Below, piece after piece: positions 50,195 through 63,657 of a stretch of 64,000 nt of DNA. The translations under genes were made by a program, and so were the position numbers. Source of the stretch: Octopus sinensis (taxonomy: Eukaryota); the NCBI RefSeq assembly GCF_006345805.1, contig NC_043014.1:3038001-3102000 (forward strand). The letters run 5' to 3'. Below the pieces are notes generated by a model. That model ran no database searches, was not told the DNA's origin, and was given only the letters and a program-made list of their open reading frames with translations. Position 1 is the stretch's first letter; every line of letters begins with the position of its first letter.

Positions 50195-51572
50195 GACACC
50201 ACCACCACCATCAAGATGACTAGAATCATTAAGTCTTGAGAAAAATCCACAAAAGCTTTCTTCCTCCAAATAGGTCAGGTGCTTTTTTGAAAGGTGGATG
50301 GGGCAGGGGTGGGTGAAGTGGGGGCACCTACATTCCTCTCATACCACCACCAGTTTGCACCCTGGGTACTTTACACACACACACACACACACACACAGTA
50401 CAGACACACTGCTGAGGAGAATAGCAGAAGCTGGTAGGGCAGGTGCAGTGGGTGGGTGGGTGGGGGTGGTTGGTAACAGTGAGTAGAAATATGTGAAAAT
50501 GTGAGGAGTGTTAGGGGTTGCGGGTGTTTAGGGGGGGGGAGGAATAAATACCTGAATATTTCAAGTAGGGCAGCTTCATCAGAGTCTGAGAGAGAGAGAG
50601 GGGGAGAGGGGGAGGGGGAGGAAAAGTGGGGGAGAGCAGCAGGTAAATAACAGACATTTAAACAGGTGTGTGTGTGTGTGTGTGTGTGTACACTCACACA
50701 CATAAGATAGGGAGAGTCAGAAGGGATAGATACAGGGGAAAAGGAAAGAGTGGTAAAGAGAGAGGATAGAAAGAGAATAGAGAGAAAGGGCAACGGAGAG
50801 GGGCGACGGGGGGAGAAGGGGCTTTGGAGAGAGAGGAGCAACAGGGGGAGAAGGGGATGATGGAGAGAGAGAAGGAGCGATGGAGAGAGAGAAGGGGTGG
50901 CGGAAAGAGAGAAGGGGTGGCGGAGATAGAGAAGGGGTGATGGAGAGAGAGATGGAGAGAGAAGGGGCGACGGAGAGAGAGAAGGGGCAACGGAGAGAAA
51001 GAAGGGGGTGACGGAGAGAGAGAAGGGTGACGGAGAGAGAGAAGGGGTGATAGAGTGGTGGAGAGAGAGAGAGAGAGCGAAAGAGAGAGATGGACAGAGC
51101 GATAAAGAGATACAGATGCCTGAATAGATATTCATCAATATAGACAGATAACTGGATGCTGATCAATACTGATGTATAAATAAAAATGTCTTAAACGAGC
51201 CAATCTGAATTAGAGAACTAAAAATAAAGACAAAGAATAAAAGTCTGGTCATTGGTACCGGAGTCTTGGGGTGAGTTGGAGCTTTGTACTTTAGCCTTGA
51301 GGTCAGAGATGGCTGTATATGAGAATACAGGGGTAAGTGGTGCCTACCTATACTTTTAACCTGTGGTCCTACATGCTTTAATCATGGAATGAGTTCTTGT
51401 CACAGATTGTGTGATTATACAGTCACATTAGGTGTGGCTGTGTGGTAAGAAGCTTGCTTCCCCAACAACATGGTTCAGGGTTCAGTCCCTCTGCGTGGCA
51501 CCTTGGGCAAGTGTCTTCTAAATATGGCCTCAGACCGGCCAAAGCCACTGAAAGAAGACCGTTGCATATATC

Positions 51573-51606
<34 letters not shown>

Positions 51607-51898
51607 GTGTGTGTGTGTGTGTGTTTGTGCTTGTCTCCTCCACCATCACTTGACAGCCAGTGTTGGTGTGTTTACATCCATGTAATTTAGCAGCTTGGCA
51701 AAAGGGGCTAATAAAATAAGTACTAGGTTTACAAAGAATAAATCCTGAGGTTGATTTCTTTGAGTGAAAACCCTTTAAGGCGATGCTCCAGCATGGCAGC
51801 AGTCACATGACTGAAACAAATAAAAAAATAAAAGAACCTTTCAAGGCTGAAAGGCATTTAGGGGTCACATGTACTTTACATGTGACTATGAGTTAGTC

Positions 51899-52065
51899 CA
51901 GTGGTTCCCAGCCTGTGGTCTGCGGACCCCAGGTGGTTCACAAAGGTTGTACGGGGGGGGGGGTGTAAATGTTAAGCTGACAGACCTTTCAATATCTTGG
52001 GGTCCATGGAAAAACACATTAAAATAAAAGGGGGTCCTTGGTAGTGAAAAGGTTGGGAACCACTG
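51899..52065. mobile_element. hAT (Charlie-like) MITE
   Basis: TIRs CAGTGGTTCCCA(G/A)CC; 8-bp TSD AGTTAGTC / AATTAGTC (7/8 identical). Confidence 0.8.
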
Positions 52066-52574
52066 AATTAGTCATATCCTTAACATAAAACAGAACTACT
52101 GAATTCAGGCATTAGGGTTGAATAGATGCTCACATACATTTGAAGCCAGAGCCAGGTTTGTTGAGGAGAAGGGGTCAGTCAATTAAATCAACCCCGATAA
52201 CTGACAGGTAATTTTATCGACCACAAAATGATAAAAGTCAAAGTTAACCTCAGCAGAATTTGAACTCAGAGTATGAATCAGAACAATACCACAAAGCGTT
52301 TTGCCCAATTCCCTAACAATTCTGTCGGTTCATCACCATAATAATAATAATTGTTTCTACTGGAAACACAAGGCCTCAAATTTGGGGGAAGGGATTAAGT
52401 TGATTACATCGACTCCGTTGTGTAACTGGTACTTATTTAATCAGCCCCAAAAGGATGAAAGGCAAAGCAGACCTCAGCGAAATTTGAACTCGGAAAATAG
52501 CTACAGACAAAATACCGCTAAGCATTTCACCCAGTGTGCTAACGATTCTGCCAGCTCACAGCCTTCACCACCAT

Positions 52575-52918
52575 AATAATAAGAGGACTCAGAAAGCACA
52601 AACCTCTGCCAAGGCAACACCAACATCCTCTCCACAATTAACCGGAGATGATTTTTAAAATATGAATACTAAAAATGAACCCGACCACTCTCAAAAATTA
52701 AAGAAGGAAAAAAACAGGAAAAATAATCCAGAATCCTTGTCCGGTATCAGATCGATCCCAAAATCTAATCAGTTCATGCCAGTCATGAGGCTAAACATCC
52801 CTGGAAGTTTCATCTGAATCCATCCAACGGTTCTTGAGATATCTTGTCCATGGACAAACTAGCAAACAAATGTGACTGAAAACAATACCTCTGCCGTCAC
52901 TAAGGCGTAGGTAATAAT
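52575..52918. mobile_element. Possible Helentron-associated non-autonomous element (HINE-like)
   Basis: ACCTCTGCC near both ends, with a terminal imperfect hairpin TACCTCTGCC-gtcactaa-GGCGTAGGTA followed by ATAAT. Confidence 0.4.
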
Positions 52919-53689
52919 CCTTTCTATTATAGGCACATGGCATGAAATTTGGGGAGAGGGAGCTAGGTGATTACTGCACAATCGATCCTCTTTGCTAAAG
53001 GGCACTAGTTACTAATTTATGAAAATGTAGAGTGACTCAAGATACACCCACTTGCTAATAGAGTTTAGCCCCGAGTCAGCAACTTTAACTGAAGAGAGCT
53101 ATGATCAAAAGACAGCTTCGCCATGGCCATCACATTTTAATCTATTCCAAGATTACACTGTCCAATGTGTTATGGCTTTGTTTAAAATGGTCAGGTTGTG
53201 AATTTGAGTAGTGTTTAGCTGCTGTTTCTACCAGTGGGTCTGGCAGTTGTGTAAGGTTTTTGGGTGGTGATGTTACTGAGCAAACAAGGGACAGCGGAAG
53301 AGATGGGGTGCTGGAGGTAAAAAAAAAAAGGTACTTTCCGTTGGTTTTGTTAAAGCAAATTAACACATCATATTAGAACACGCCCAATGTAATACAACCA
53401 TACAATAATTGAACTATTACATCACCACCACAAATCTGACCTTCAATTAAGTTGTAATAAGTAAAAATCAAGGGAGACAATTCAGTGGCAAGCCGTTAGC
53501 CCCAACAGGATAATTTGAGTAAAAAAAAGTGAAATTTGGCAACTAATGCATAGGGGTGGCTGTGTGGTAAGTAGCTTGCTTACGAACCACATTGTTTCAG
53601 GTTCAGTCCCACTGCGTGGCACCTTGGGCAAGTGTCTTCTACTATAGCCTCGGGCTGACCTGGCAGACGGAAACTGAAAGAAGCCCGTC

Positions 53690-53759
<70 letters not shown>

Positions 53760-54750
53760 TTGTATGTTTGTGTGTCTGTGTTTGTCCACCCACCATCGCT
53801 TGACAACCGATGCTGGTGTGTTTACGTCCCCGTAATTTAGCGGTTCAGCAAAAGAGCCCGATAGAATAAGTACTAGGCTTACAAAGAATAAGTCCTGGGG
53901 TCGATTTGCTCGACTAAAGGTGGTGCTCCAGCATGGCCACAGTCAAATGACTGAAACAAGTAAAAGAGAGTAATGAATATATAATTTTGTTAAGTAGAGA
54001 AAGAAAGAAATCACATTCCTGAAGTCTTGTTTATTCATTACAAGAAAATTCCAGCCAAGATAAAAGAAAAAAAAATATGCTTCTGATTACAATAAGATAA
54101 TTATTGAAAGAAATTTAGTTTTAACTGTGACATGGAAAAACAGCTGTGAAATGATGTGATTAGAATAAATAGATTGCAGTGACTAAAAATAGAAATGGCA
54201 GCCAAATCACATTCACCTGTTTCAGATCTCTCAAAGAATCTAAGAGCTTGTGGCATAAACAAACACACTTCTTGCTGGCAAGAACAAAGCTTCTAAAATG
54301 GACAGAGAAATTCGAATGATTGTTTTGGTACAATGGTAGAACATCTGTCATGGTTACAAGACAATGTGAGTTGATGGCTCATAGGCAGCCTTCATCTTTG
54401 TCCATCCAAAGGATTTTAATTTGTTTTTAAACCCAATATTCTACATGCTATACAGCTCCAGTCCATTCAGTTATTAAATGGGGAACCCTGTGACAGAATA
54501 GCCTTCTGGTCAGGACTGGTGTGCATGCTTACCCAGTGGGGTAGCATTGTCCAGAAGCTAAAACGATGCAAAGGGCATTGTGACCAGCGATGTATAACCA
54601 CATCCAACAGTCTGGTCAATTACATGACATCATTATCATTTAATGTCTGTTTTCCATGCTGGCATATATTTATATATAAAATTACTATTTGTAAATCTCT
54701 CAGTGAGACATATCCAGCAACAGTACTCTAGAGTAAAGATCGTTTGCCAA

Positions 54751-54941
54751 CATAACATGGCAGTCCTGGTTTAGGACGAATGTTGCTGTAATTTAACTCC
54801 AGGAGACATCATCTCCAGCAGGCTGTCTTTATATTTTCTAACAATATATGGACACATTGTTTCATATAGCCAGCTAGAGACGATGCCTCCTGGGGTTAAA
54901 TTACAGCAACATTCGTCCTAAACTAGGACTGCCATGTTATG
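54751..54941. repeat. Fold-back element / MITE with 69-bp inverted arms
   Basis: 54751-54819 is the reverse complement of 54873-54941 with 5 transition mismatches and a 53-bp spacer. Confidence 0.85.
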
Positions 54942-56821
54942 GTGGGAAATAATCTTTACTGTGTGTGTGAGAGAGAGAGAGAGAGAGACGGAGAGGGAGA
55001 GAGAGAGACGGACAGACAGACAGACAGAGACGGACAGACAGACAGAGAGAGTTTATTTTTATCTGCATTTTCAAAATGGCTAAGCCTCTGTACTTGTCAG
55101 ACATATTCTCATACAATCCTGAATGGCATCCACCAGAGAACTCACTACACATCCTGACTATAATATAAGCCAACAAAATATATAGATATATATATACATG
55201 TGTGTGTTTAGTATTTAAGAACAAATACCAGGGGGGAAGATTTCCACAGGGTCTGTAACTGCATGGAAAACGCATGTTAAGTGATGATGAGGATTTTAAC
55301 CGATCGTGGCCAATGCCAGTACCCCGTCACTGGCTCTTGTGCCAGTGGCACATAAAAAGCACCATCTGAACGTGGCCGATGTCAGGCCCGCCTGACGGGC
55401 TCCTGTACTGGTGGCACATAAAAAGCACCCACTACACTCTCAGAGTGGTTGGCATTAGGAAGGGCACACAACTGTAGAAACATTGCCAGATCAGACTGGA
55501 GCCTGGTGCAGCTGCTGGCTTACCAGACCCCAGTCAAACCGTCCAACCCATGCCAGCATGGAAAACGGACGTTTAACGATAATGATGACGCAGGTGTGTG
55601 TATAAAAACACACACACGTTTATATATATATATATTTCTTTATTGCCCACAAGGGGCTAAACATAAAGGGGACAAACAAGGACAGACAAAGGGATTAAGT
55701 CGATTACATCGACCCCAGTGCGTAACTGGTACTTAATTTATCGACCCCGAAAGGATGAAAGGCAAAGTCGACCTCGGCGGAATTTGAACTCAGAACGTAA
55801 CGACAGACGAAATACGGCTGCGCATTTCGCCCGGCGTGCTAACGTTATTCACAACATGTAACTGTGTGTGTGCACGATTCCAACCTAAAAAGGAGAAAGA
55901 AAATTGAAAAAAAAAAATCCCACATCAGCATATGTTTGTATGTAAAATATATAAAATTAAATTTATAAACGGTTAAGCAAGGCCTGAATGCCAAATCCAA
56001 ATTTTATTTACATTTCAAACAAAACCACACAATGCAAAGCAAAAATAACAGAACACAGATATACCATGAAGAAGAAAATGTCTTGCGAATCCTGATTATA
56101 AATGTCTGACTTGAAAAATAAACACACACACGTATTATAATTGACGTGGGTGTGTGTGTGTGTTTCCCAGACAGCACACACGCCCCCATCCAATGGAAGG
56201 AAAAGAGAAGAAAGAAAATTGCAAACCAAACAAAATACTACACAAGAACTTCTGAGACTGAATCTGTTGTATTTGCTGAACAAATACTGGTTAAATCTCA
56301 AGGACACAAGAGGAGGAGGAACAGTTCTCTGAGAGAGAGAGAGTGTGTGTGTGTGTTTATGTATATATATATGTGTATATATATATGTATATATATATAT
56401 GTATATATATATATTATATATATATATATATATATGTGTGTGTATATATGTATATATATATATATATGTGTATATATGTATATATATATATGTGTATATA
56501 TGTATATATATGTATATATTATATATAATGTGAATGTGTGTTAGGTGAGATTTATGAATGTGACTATATGTGTACACAATGCATGGGTGCACACACACAG
56601 ACACACACACACACACAGCTGTGCATAAATATGTACATACATGCAAGTATATACACACCTACACACCAAATGTCCCTTATTTCTCAAAAAAAACGGTTAT
56701 GCGACCAGACTGGAGGACTGAGAAAACAAAACTAAAACAAAAAAAAAAGAAAAAATCCTTCGCCAAGCCAATTTGCAACGTATCCTTCGCCCACACACTC
56801 ACTTCAAGTAACGGCTTTTAT

Positions 56822-56853
<32 letters not shown>

Positions 56854-58244
56854 AATTAAGCTCACTGTACCATTTATAAAACAAACCTTAGCGCAATAGC
56901 ACAGCCAGCCAAACACACACACACAATCATATACACAAGTGTTTATATAAATATATATATACATACGTGTGTGTATGTGTGTACATATAAACTAATCTAA
57001 ATGTCATTACCATCAACAAAAACGTAAGCTCGTATATCAACATTATCTACTTACAACCCAGGGAGGCTATGTGACCAGTCGATTGTCAACCCTGCTAGAA
57101 ATAGCAGCGAAACTATGTCTGTCTAAAAGATTCACTGGCCTTCACTGAAACAAGATAACCCTAGCAGGTAGAAATATACCCTATATTCACGGTGGACCAC
57201 CTTAATTTGATGAAGAGGATTTGGTAGATGAGTCAACTGAATTAGCCTGTGAATGGTTGTGTATTCCACAGACCCTAAATGTCATACTGATTCTGTATGA
57301 CACACTTGGAATGCGGGATATATGCATGTCTGCCTTTTCGGGATTTATCAGTAGCAAGTATCCACAGGCAACCACATGCGACAACAAAATCTATTGTTTG
57401 TTGGTATTTGCCACTGATGAAAGCTAAAAAAATATTGAAATGTGTATCTAGCATTCCCACCACGTCATCTACTACTGATATATTTTCTTATTATATATAG
57501 AATGTCCATAAGAGATAAATCTATCTCCAAATGAATACCGTGATTAATTTATCTTTCTGTGATGTATTTACATAGAGTGTGGTACATAGCGATTTTAAAC
57601 TAACACTGCTTCTGCTGCACATAAATTTATATATACGTGTGTGTATGTCTGTGTGTAAATAATCTAACAACTATACACACACAACATGATCGCTGCTGTA
57701 TACACCAACCACACTGCCAATTAGAGCAATCACCACCGACCTATACACCATAATCACTCCACCTGCAACATATAACTAAACCTCTCTCACCCTCATCACC
57801 GTTTAATCTATAACAACACTAGTAATTAGATAGAAATATCTTGGCTGCCAGTCAGTCTGTCTGTGCACCACCTAATAATGTTATTGTGACAGAGCATTTT
57901 TACAACACTCTCCTCCAATCACCAACAATATACAATCACCACAATACAACCATCTCTCTATCTACATATCTATTTATCTATCATATCTATTGATCTGTCA
58001 GTCAGTCTCACTCTCTCTACCTTTTAACCTATACCCACTTACCAATGGGGATCACATTTTAATGAAAATATAATAATAATAATAATGATGATAATAATAA
58101 TAACTAGCAGTATCGCCCAGCATTGCTCGAGTTTGTTTCGACCCTTTAGAATTGGAATTTTTCAAAAGTAAAAATTTTGCATTATGTAGCTTGTTATTCT
58201 CTTTAAGTGAACATTTTTCTGGTTGAAATACACCAAAAAATGTA

Positions 58245-58879
58245 GACGAAATACCAATAATGAGTATTTTGCCCGGCAAGCTAACGATTCTGCCAGCTCG
58301 CCACCCAAATAATAATCTTTTCTACTAAAGACACAAGGTCTGACAATTGGGGGAGGGATCTAGTCGACTACATTGACCCCAGTTTTTCACTGGTACTCAA
58401 TTTGTTGACCCCTAAAGGATGAAAGGCAAAATCGACCTCGGTGGCATTTGAACTCAGAACGTAACAGCAGACGAAATACCTATTTCTTTACTACCCATAA
58501 GGGGCTAAACTCAGAGGGGACAAACAAGGACAGACAAACGGATTAAGTTGATTATATCAACCCCAGTGCGTAACAGGTACTTAATTTATTGACCCCGAAA
58601 GGATGAAAAGGAAAGTCGACCTCGGCGGAATTTGAACTCAGAATGTAACGGCAGACGAAATACCTATTTCTTTACTACCCACAAGGGGCTAAACACAGAG
58701 GACAAACGGATTAAGTCGATTATATCGACCCCAGTACGCAACTGGTACTTAATTTATCGACCCCGAAAGGATGAAAGGCAAAGTCAACCTCGGTAGAATT
58801 TGAACTCACAACGTAACGGCAGACGAAATACGGCTACACATTTCACCCGGTGTGCTAACGTTTCTGCCAGATCACCGCC

Positions 58880-58880
<1 letters not shown>
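58245..58880 (-). mobile_element. tRNA-derived SINE family C in a head-to-tail array
   Basis: Head GGCGAGCTGGCAGAA..., GAGTTCAAATTCC B-box, core GTCGACTTTGCCTTTCATCCTTTCGGGGTCGATAA. The ~190-bp body repeats about 3 times. Other copies near 16388-16615, 29525-29870, 38025-38240, 43670-43900, 48030-48215, 55635-55845 and 61025-61760. Confidence 0.82.
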
Positions 58881-58912
<32 letters not shown>

Positions 58913-59989
58913 GTACAAGGCCAGCAATTTTAAGAGTGGGGATGGCTAAGTTACACTGACCCCAGCAACTCAGTCAACTGGTACTTATTTCATCGCCCCC
59001 CACTCCACCTGCTTACCTGCCAAAAGACTAAAAGGGCAGAAAACCTCAGCAGGATTTGGGCTCAGAACAAAAAGACAGACGAAATGCTTCAGAACATTTT
59101 GTCCCTACATACTAACAATTCTGCTTAGCTAACCATAATAATAATGATAATAATGATAATAATAATGTTGATAATAATAATTAGTAACAATAACGTTAAT
59201 TGGCTGCTCTGTTTGGCCGCAAGGGTTAGGGGAAGCAGTAAATATTTATGTCAGACAATAATTATCTAGTCTGATATGAATTTTGTGACTTCCTACAAGT
59301 GGTGGGTGGGTGGTGGTTGAGGGGAGTGCTAGGTGGCAGTAGTGGTGGTGGTGGTGGTGGTGGTGGCGGTGAATGGCTGATGGCTTCAGGGGTGGGGGGT
59401 TGGTGTGGGTGGTGACAGTGAGGTCTGTCTGATGAAGGTTTGATGCTGGTAATGACTGGAGGTTTGTGACAATGCCATGGCCAGTGATGTGAGATGGTAT
59501 TGGTGACAGAAGAGTGTGGGGAGGCAGTGATACGGGGGGGGAGGGGTTAGTGATGGGGGGGCAGTGATGTGGGATGGTGGTGGTGGTGACAGAAAAATGT
59601 GTGTGGTGGTGTTGAAAGACAATAAGTTTTAGACCATTGGGTACTGTATTAATATTAAAGGGTTAAGGGTGCGGGGGGGGAGCCGGGGGGGAGGAAATAT
59701 AGCTGCTGGGGAAAAAGTCAAGGGGGGGGGCAATTAGAGAGAGAGAGAGAAAGTAGGTTGGCAGCTGTAATTACTAATTGCCAGAATTTTGCCTGCACAT
59801 GTCACATGACCTGGCTCTTAATGAACTGGGAGTATCATCAAGTGTGTAATTAGTGTGTATGTGTGTGGGTGGATGGGTAGGTGGGGGCTGAGTGCATAGT
59901 AAATACACACACACACACACACACACAAAAAAAACACACATATTTAATCTAAGTCATATCTCGAGTGTCATTCAGTGAAATCCTCTCTC

Positions 59990-60009
59990 TTTCACAAATA
60001 CACATGGAG

Positions 60010-60052
<43 letters not shown>

Positions 60053-60089
60053 TACATATATATACATATATATATATACACATATACAT

Positions 60090-60123
<34 letters not shown>

Positions 60124-60124
60124 A

Positions 60125-60169
<45 letters not shown>

Positions 60170-60248
60170 ATAGATATATATATACATATATATATATAAC
60201 ATATATATATATATATACATATATACATATATACATATATACACATAT

Positions 60249-60282
<34 letters not shown>

Positions 60283-60409
60283 ACACATATATCTATACAC
60301 ATATATATATATATACACATATATATACACATATTATACACATATATATACACATATATAATATATATATATATACACTATATATATATATATATACACA
60401 CATATATAT

Positions 60410-60448
<39 letters not shown>

Positions 60449-60530
60449 TATATATATACACACACACAAACTGTCTACACACACACACACATACATACAT
60501 ACATACATACATCAACCTACACATATACTT
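59990..60530. repeat. Long (TA/CA)n microsatellite, one of many (e.g. 1040-1510, 56340-56530, 63590-63670)
   Basis: Directly visible; source of the IY/YI/CV pseudo-ORFs. Confidence 0.95.
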
Positions 60531-62776
60531 ACACAGACATACCTGCCAACATGTACACCTGCTCAAACACACACACGCCTCTGTATATTAGGCAACACAT
60601 ACACCTGATCAAACAGACACATACACCACTTAATCAAACTAAGGCACACACATACACACACACACACAACCTGGCCCCTCCTCCACTTCACTCCAACAAG
60701 ATAAGCTGGAGTGGGTGTGTGGGTGATGAGGAGAAGGAGAAGGAGGACGAGGAAACAATAATACTATCTTAAGGAAGATAACACAACGAGAAAACATTAA
60801 ACAAGTATAATTAATTTCTTATCTGCACTAATTAACAATGAAAGAAATAAAATGTAAATAAACTAAGAATTAAAACAAAGCTTACACCATCTTGTTTATC
60901 TGGTCTGAAAATGCCACCATCTCAATCACTATTGCCATAGCTACCATCATCACCATTACCACTGCTTTCATCATCAACCCCATCATTGCTGTCACCATTA
61001 CCGCCATACCACTGCCATCAAAGGTGGTGAGCTGGTAGAATTGTTAGCATGCTGGGCAAAATGCTTAGCAGTAATTCACCTGTCGCAATGTTCCGAGTTC
61101 AAATTCCGCCAAGGTCAACTTTGCCTTTCATCCTTTGAGGGGTCGATAAAATAAGTACCAGTTACGCACTGGGGTCGATGCAATCGACTTAATCCGTTTG
61201 TCCCCTCTGTGTGTAGCCCCCTGTGGGTAGTAAAGAAATATGTATTTCATCTGTCGCAATGTTCTGAGTTCAAATTCCACCGAGGTTAACTTTGCCTTTC
61301 ATCCTTTCAGGGTTGATTAAATAAGTACCAGTTACGCACTGGGGTCGATGCAATCAACTTAATCCATTTGTCCCCTCTGTGTGTAGCCCCTTGTGGGTAG
61401 GTAGTAAAGAAATATGTATTTCATCTGTCGCATTGTTCTGAATTCAAATTCCACCGAGGTTAACTTTGCCTTTCATCCTTTCGGTGGGGTCAATAAATTA
61501 AGTACCAGTGAAACACTGGGGTTGATGTAATTGATTATCCCCTCCCGCCAAAATTTCAGGCCTTGTGCCTCCAGCAGAAAGGATTATTATTATTATCATA
61601 GGTGGCAAGCTGGCAGAATCGTTAGCACACAGTATTTCATCCATCTTTACGTTCTGAGTTCAAATTCCGCCGAGGTCGATAAATTAAATACCAGTGAAAC
61701 ACTGAGGTCGATGTAATCGACTAGCCCCCTCCCAAAGTTTGGGAGTCGATAAATTATGTACCAGTTGCGTACTGGAGTTGATCTAACCAACTGGCACCCC
61801 CTCCCCTAAAATTTTGGGCCTTGTGCCTAGAGTAGAAAAGATTATTATTATTATTATCATTATTTTATTATTATGTTATTATTATTACAACCACTACATG
61901 CCATATTATTTAGCAGACTTCCACCTTGACTAGCTTCCGTGCCAATGGCACTTAAAAAGCACCAATCCAATCATGGCCGTTGCCAGCCTCGCCTGGCATG
62001 TAAAAAGCACCCACTACACTCACGGAGTGGTTGGTGTTAGGAAGGGCATCCAGCCGTAGAAACACTGCTAGATCAGACTGGAGCCTGGTGCAGCCTTCTG
62101 GCTTCCCAGACCCAGTCGAACTGTCCAACCCATGCTAGCATGGAGAACAGACGTTAAACGATGATGATGATTATGATATTATTATTACAACCACTACACG
62201 CCATATTATTTAGCAGACATATTTTGCAGTTTAGTGACAAGTCTCCTTAAATCTCAAGAATCTTTATTAGGATTCCTGCAGAGAACAGAATTGCACTTTC
62301 CAGCAGATCATCATCATCATCATTATTATTATTATTATTATTATTCATTATAATTGTTGTTGTTGTGCTAAGGGGCTAATAAAAGAAATGGTAGAATGTC
62401 ATGCAAGATTAGGCTTTGTTCCTAAACATTTTTGAGTTTGGTTTTGATTCTTCCGAGATGTTAAATGGTAAGTACCAACAATACACTGGGGAAGAGGGTT
62501 TTTGTTTTATAGGCAAAGGAGACCTTTATTGTCTATACTTATCAATCATATATATGCTCTTCACAGATGTGTTTCAAACAATACACACACACACACATAC
62601 CGATATATATTTATACACCTCCCACGTATACACATTTATGCTCACCCACGTGTATGTACACAAATACACCCACACAGACACACACACACATATATATACA
62701 CACACAGACATCCACCCACTTGCATGTTATACATAGATTATATGAATACTTACAAGTGTTTGTGTGTGTGTGTATC

Positions 62777-62812
<36 letters not shown>

Positions 62813-63258
62813 TACATATACACACATACACTTATATGAATACTTAAGACCATTATTACCGCCATAAGCATCTGCAATTATTCATACTGCAGTTGCAACA
62901 GAGTACCATGAAAAAAAAATGGATGAATAAAAAATATCAAATAAAAATAAACAGAAACCAACCAAAAAGTAAAAAGAAAAATACAAAATATATATATATA
63001 TTTCGCGGATTTTCTTTTTCCCTTCATATCTTTTCTTCCAAAGAAATTGACGAAATTTTTAAAGTTCAATAATAAAAAAAAAAAAAAAAAGAGAGAAAAT
63101 CTAAAATCTAACGTAAAATTGATAAAATAGCAACAAGTTATATAGATTGATTTGATCCTCATGGAAATATCTGTGTGGGTGTATAATATTTTTCTGAGTA
63201 GTTGCATTGAATCGTTTAAGATGTTGAATCTAGAAGCATCTCTTCTCTTCTTCCTCAG

Positions 63259-63375
63259 AGAAATCGAGATATCAATGAAATGCAAGATGGCTGGCTGCTT
63301 TCTGGTGAAAAACAATATCAGAGGAGGAGATCAATGGAGAGGAAGCAGCGTGTGAAGAAGAAGACAGCCAGCCAA
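63259..63375 (+). other. Candidate 117-nt exon of an unidentified plus-strand gene
   Basis: Acceptor TCTTCTCTTCTTCCTCAG (63241-63258) and donor GTACGT (63376-63381). Only phase 0 is open throughout: RNRDINEMQDGWLLSGEKQYQRRRSMERKQRVKKKTASQ. No recognisable family. Confidence 0.35.
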
Positions 63376-63606
63376 GTACGTTAGTAGTTCATCAGATGAT
63401 GATGATAAGGGAAGACTTGGAGAAGCAGCTTACTAAATATATAAAGACAAAAACAAAGTTGGCTATGAGTAGAAGGTGGGAAGAATGATAAATGTATAAA
63501 AACTAGTCAGGTAGCTTCCATGTTTGTTGTCTCCATGAAAAAAATCATTAATTATATTATACACACACAAATATGCACACCTTTCTATACCTATACATAC
63601 ACATAT

Positions 63607-63657
<51 letters not shown>

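Noticed and set aside
50551-50586. 34-nt minus-strand micro-exon or hammerhead-like CTGATGA...GAAA
   Set aside because: No proper stem I or III for a ribozyme, and the length is not frame-preserving; the (CT)n tract can create chance acceptors.
56008-56066. Possible APP signal-peptide exon MVYLCSVIFALHCVVLFEM*
   Set aside because: Hydrophobic and about the right length, but the only nearby donor (GAAAT|GTAAAT) is phase 2, whereas the 30736 exon needs phase 0, and splicing there gives a stop. Not supportable without RNA data.
57221-57427. 68-aa plus-strand ORF of non-repetitive composition (MVDESTELACEWLC...)
   Set aside because: No recognisable family, stop codon just upstream and no clear splice sites; may be a decayed element.
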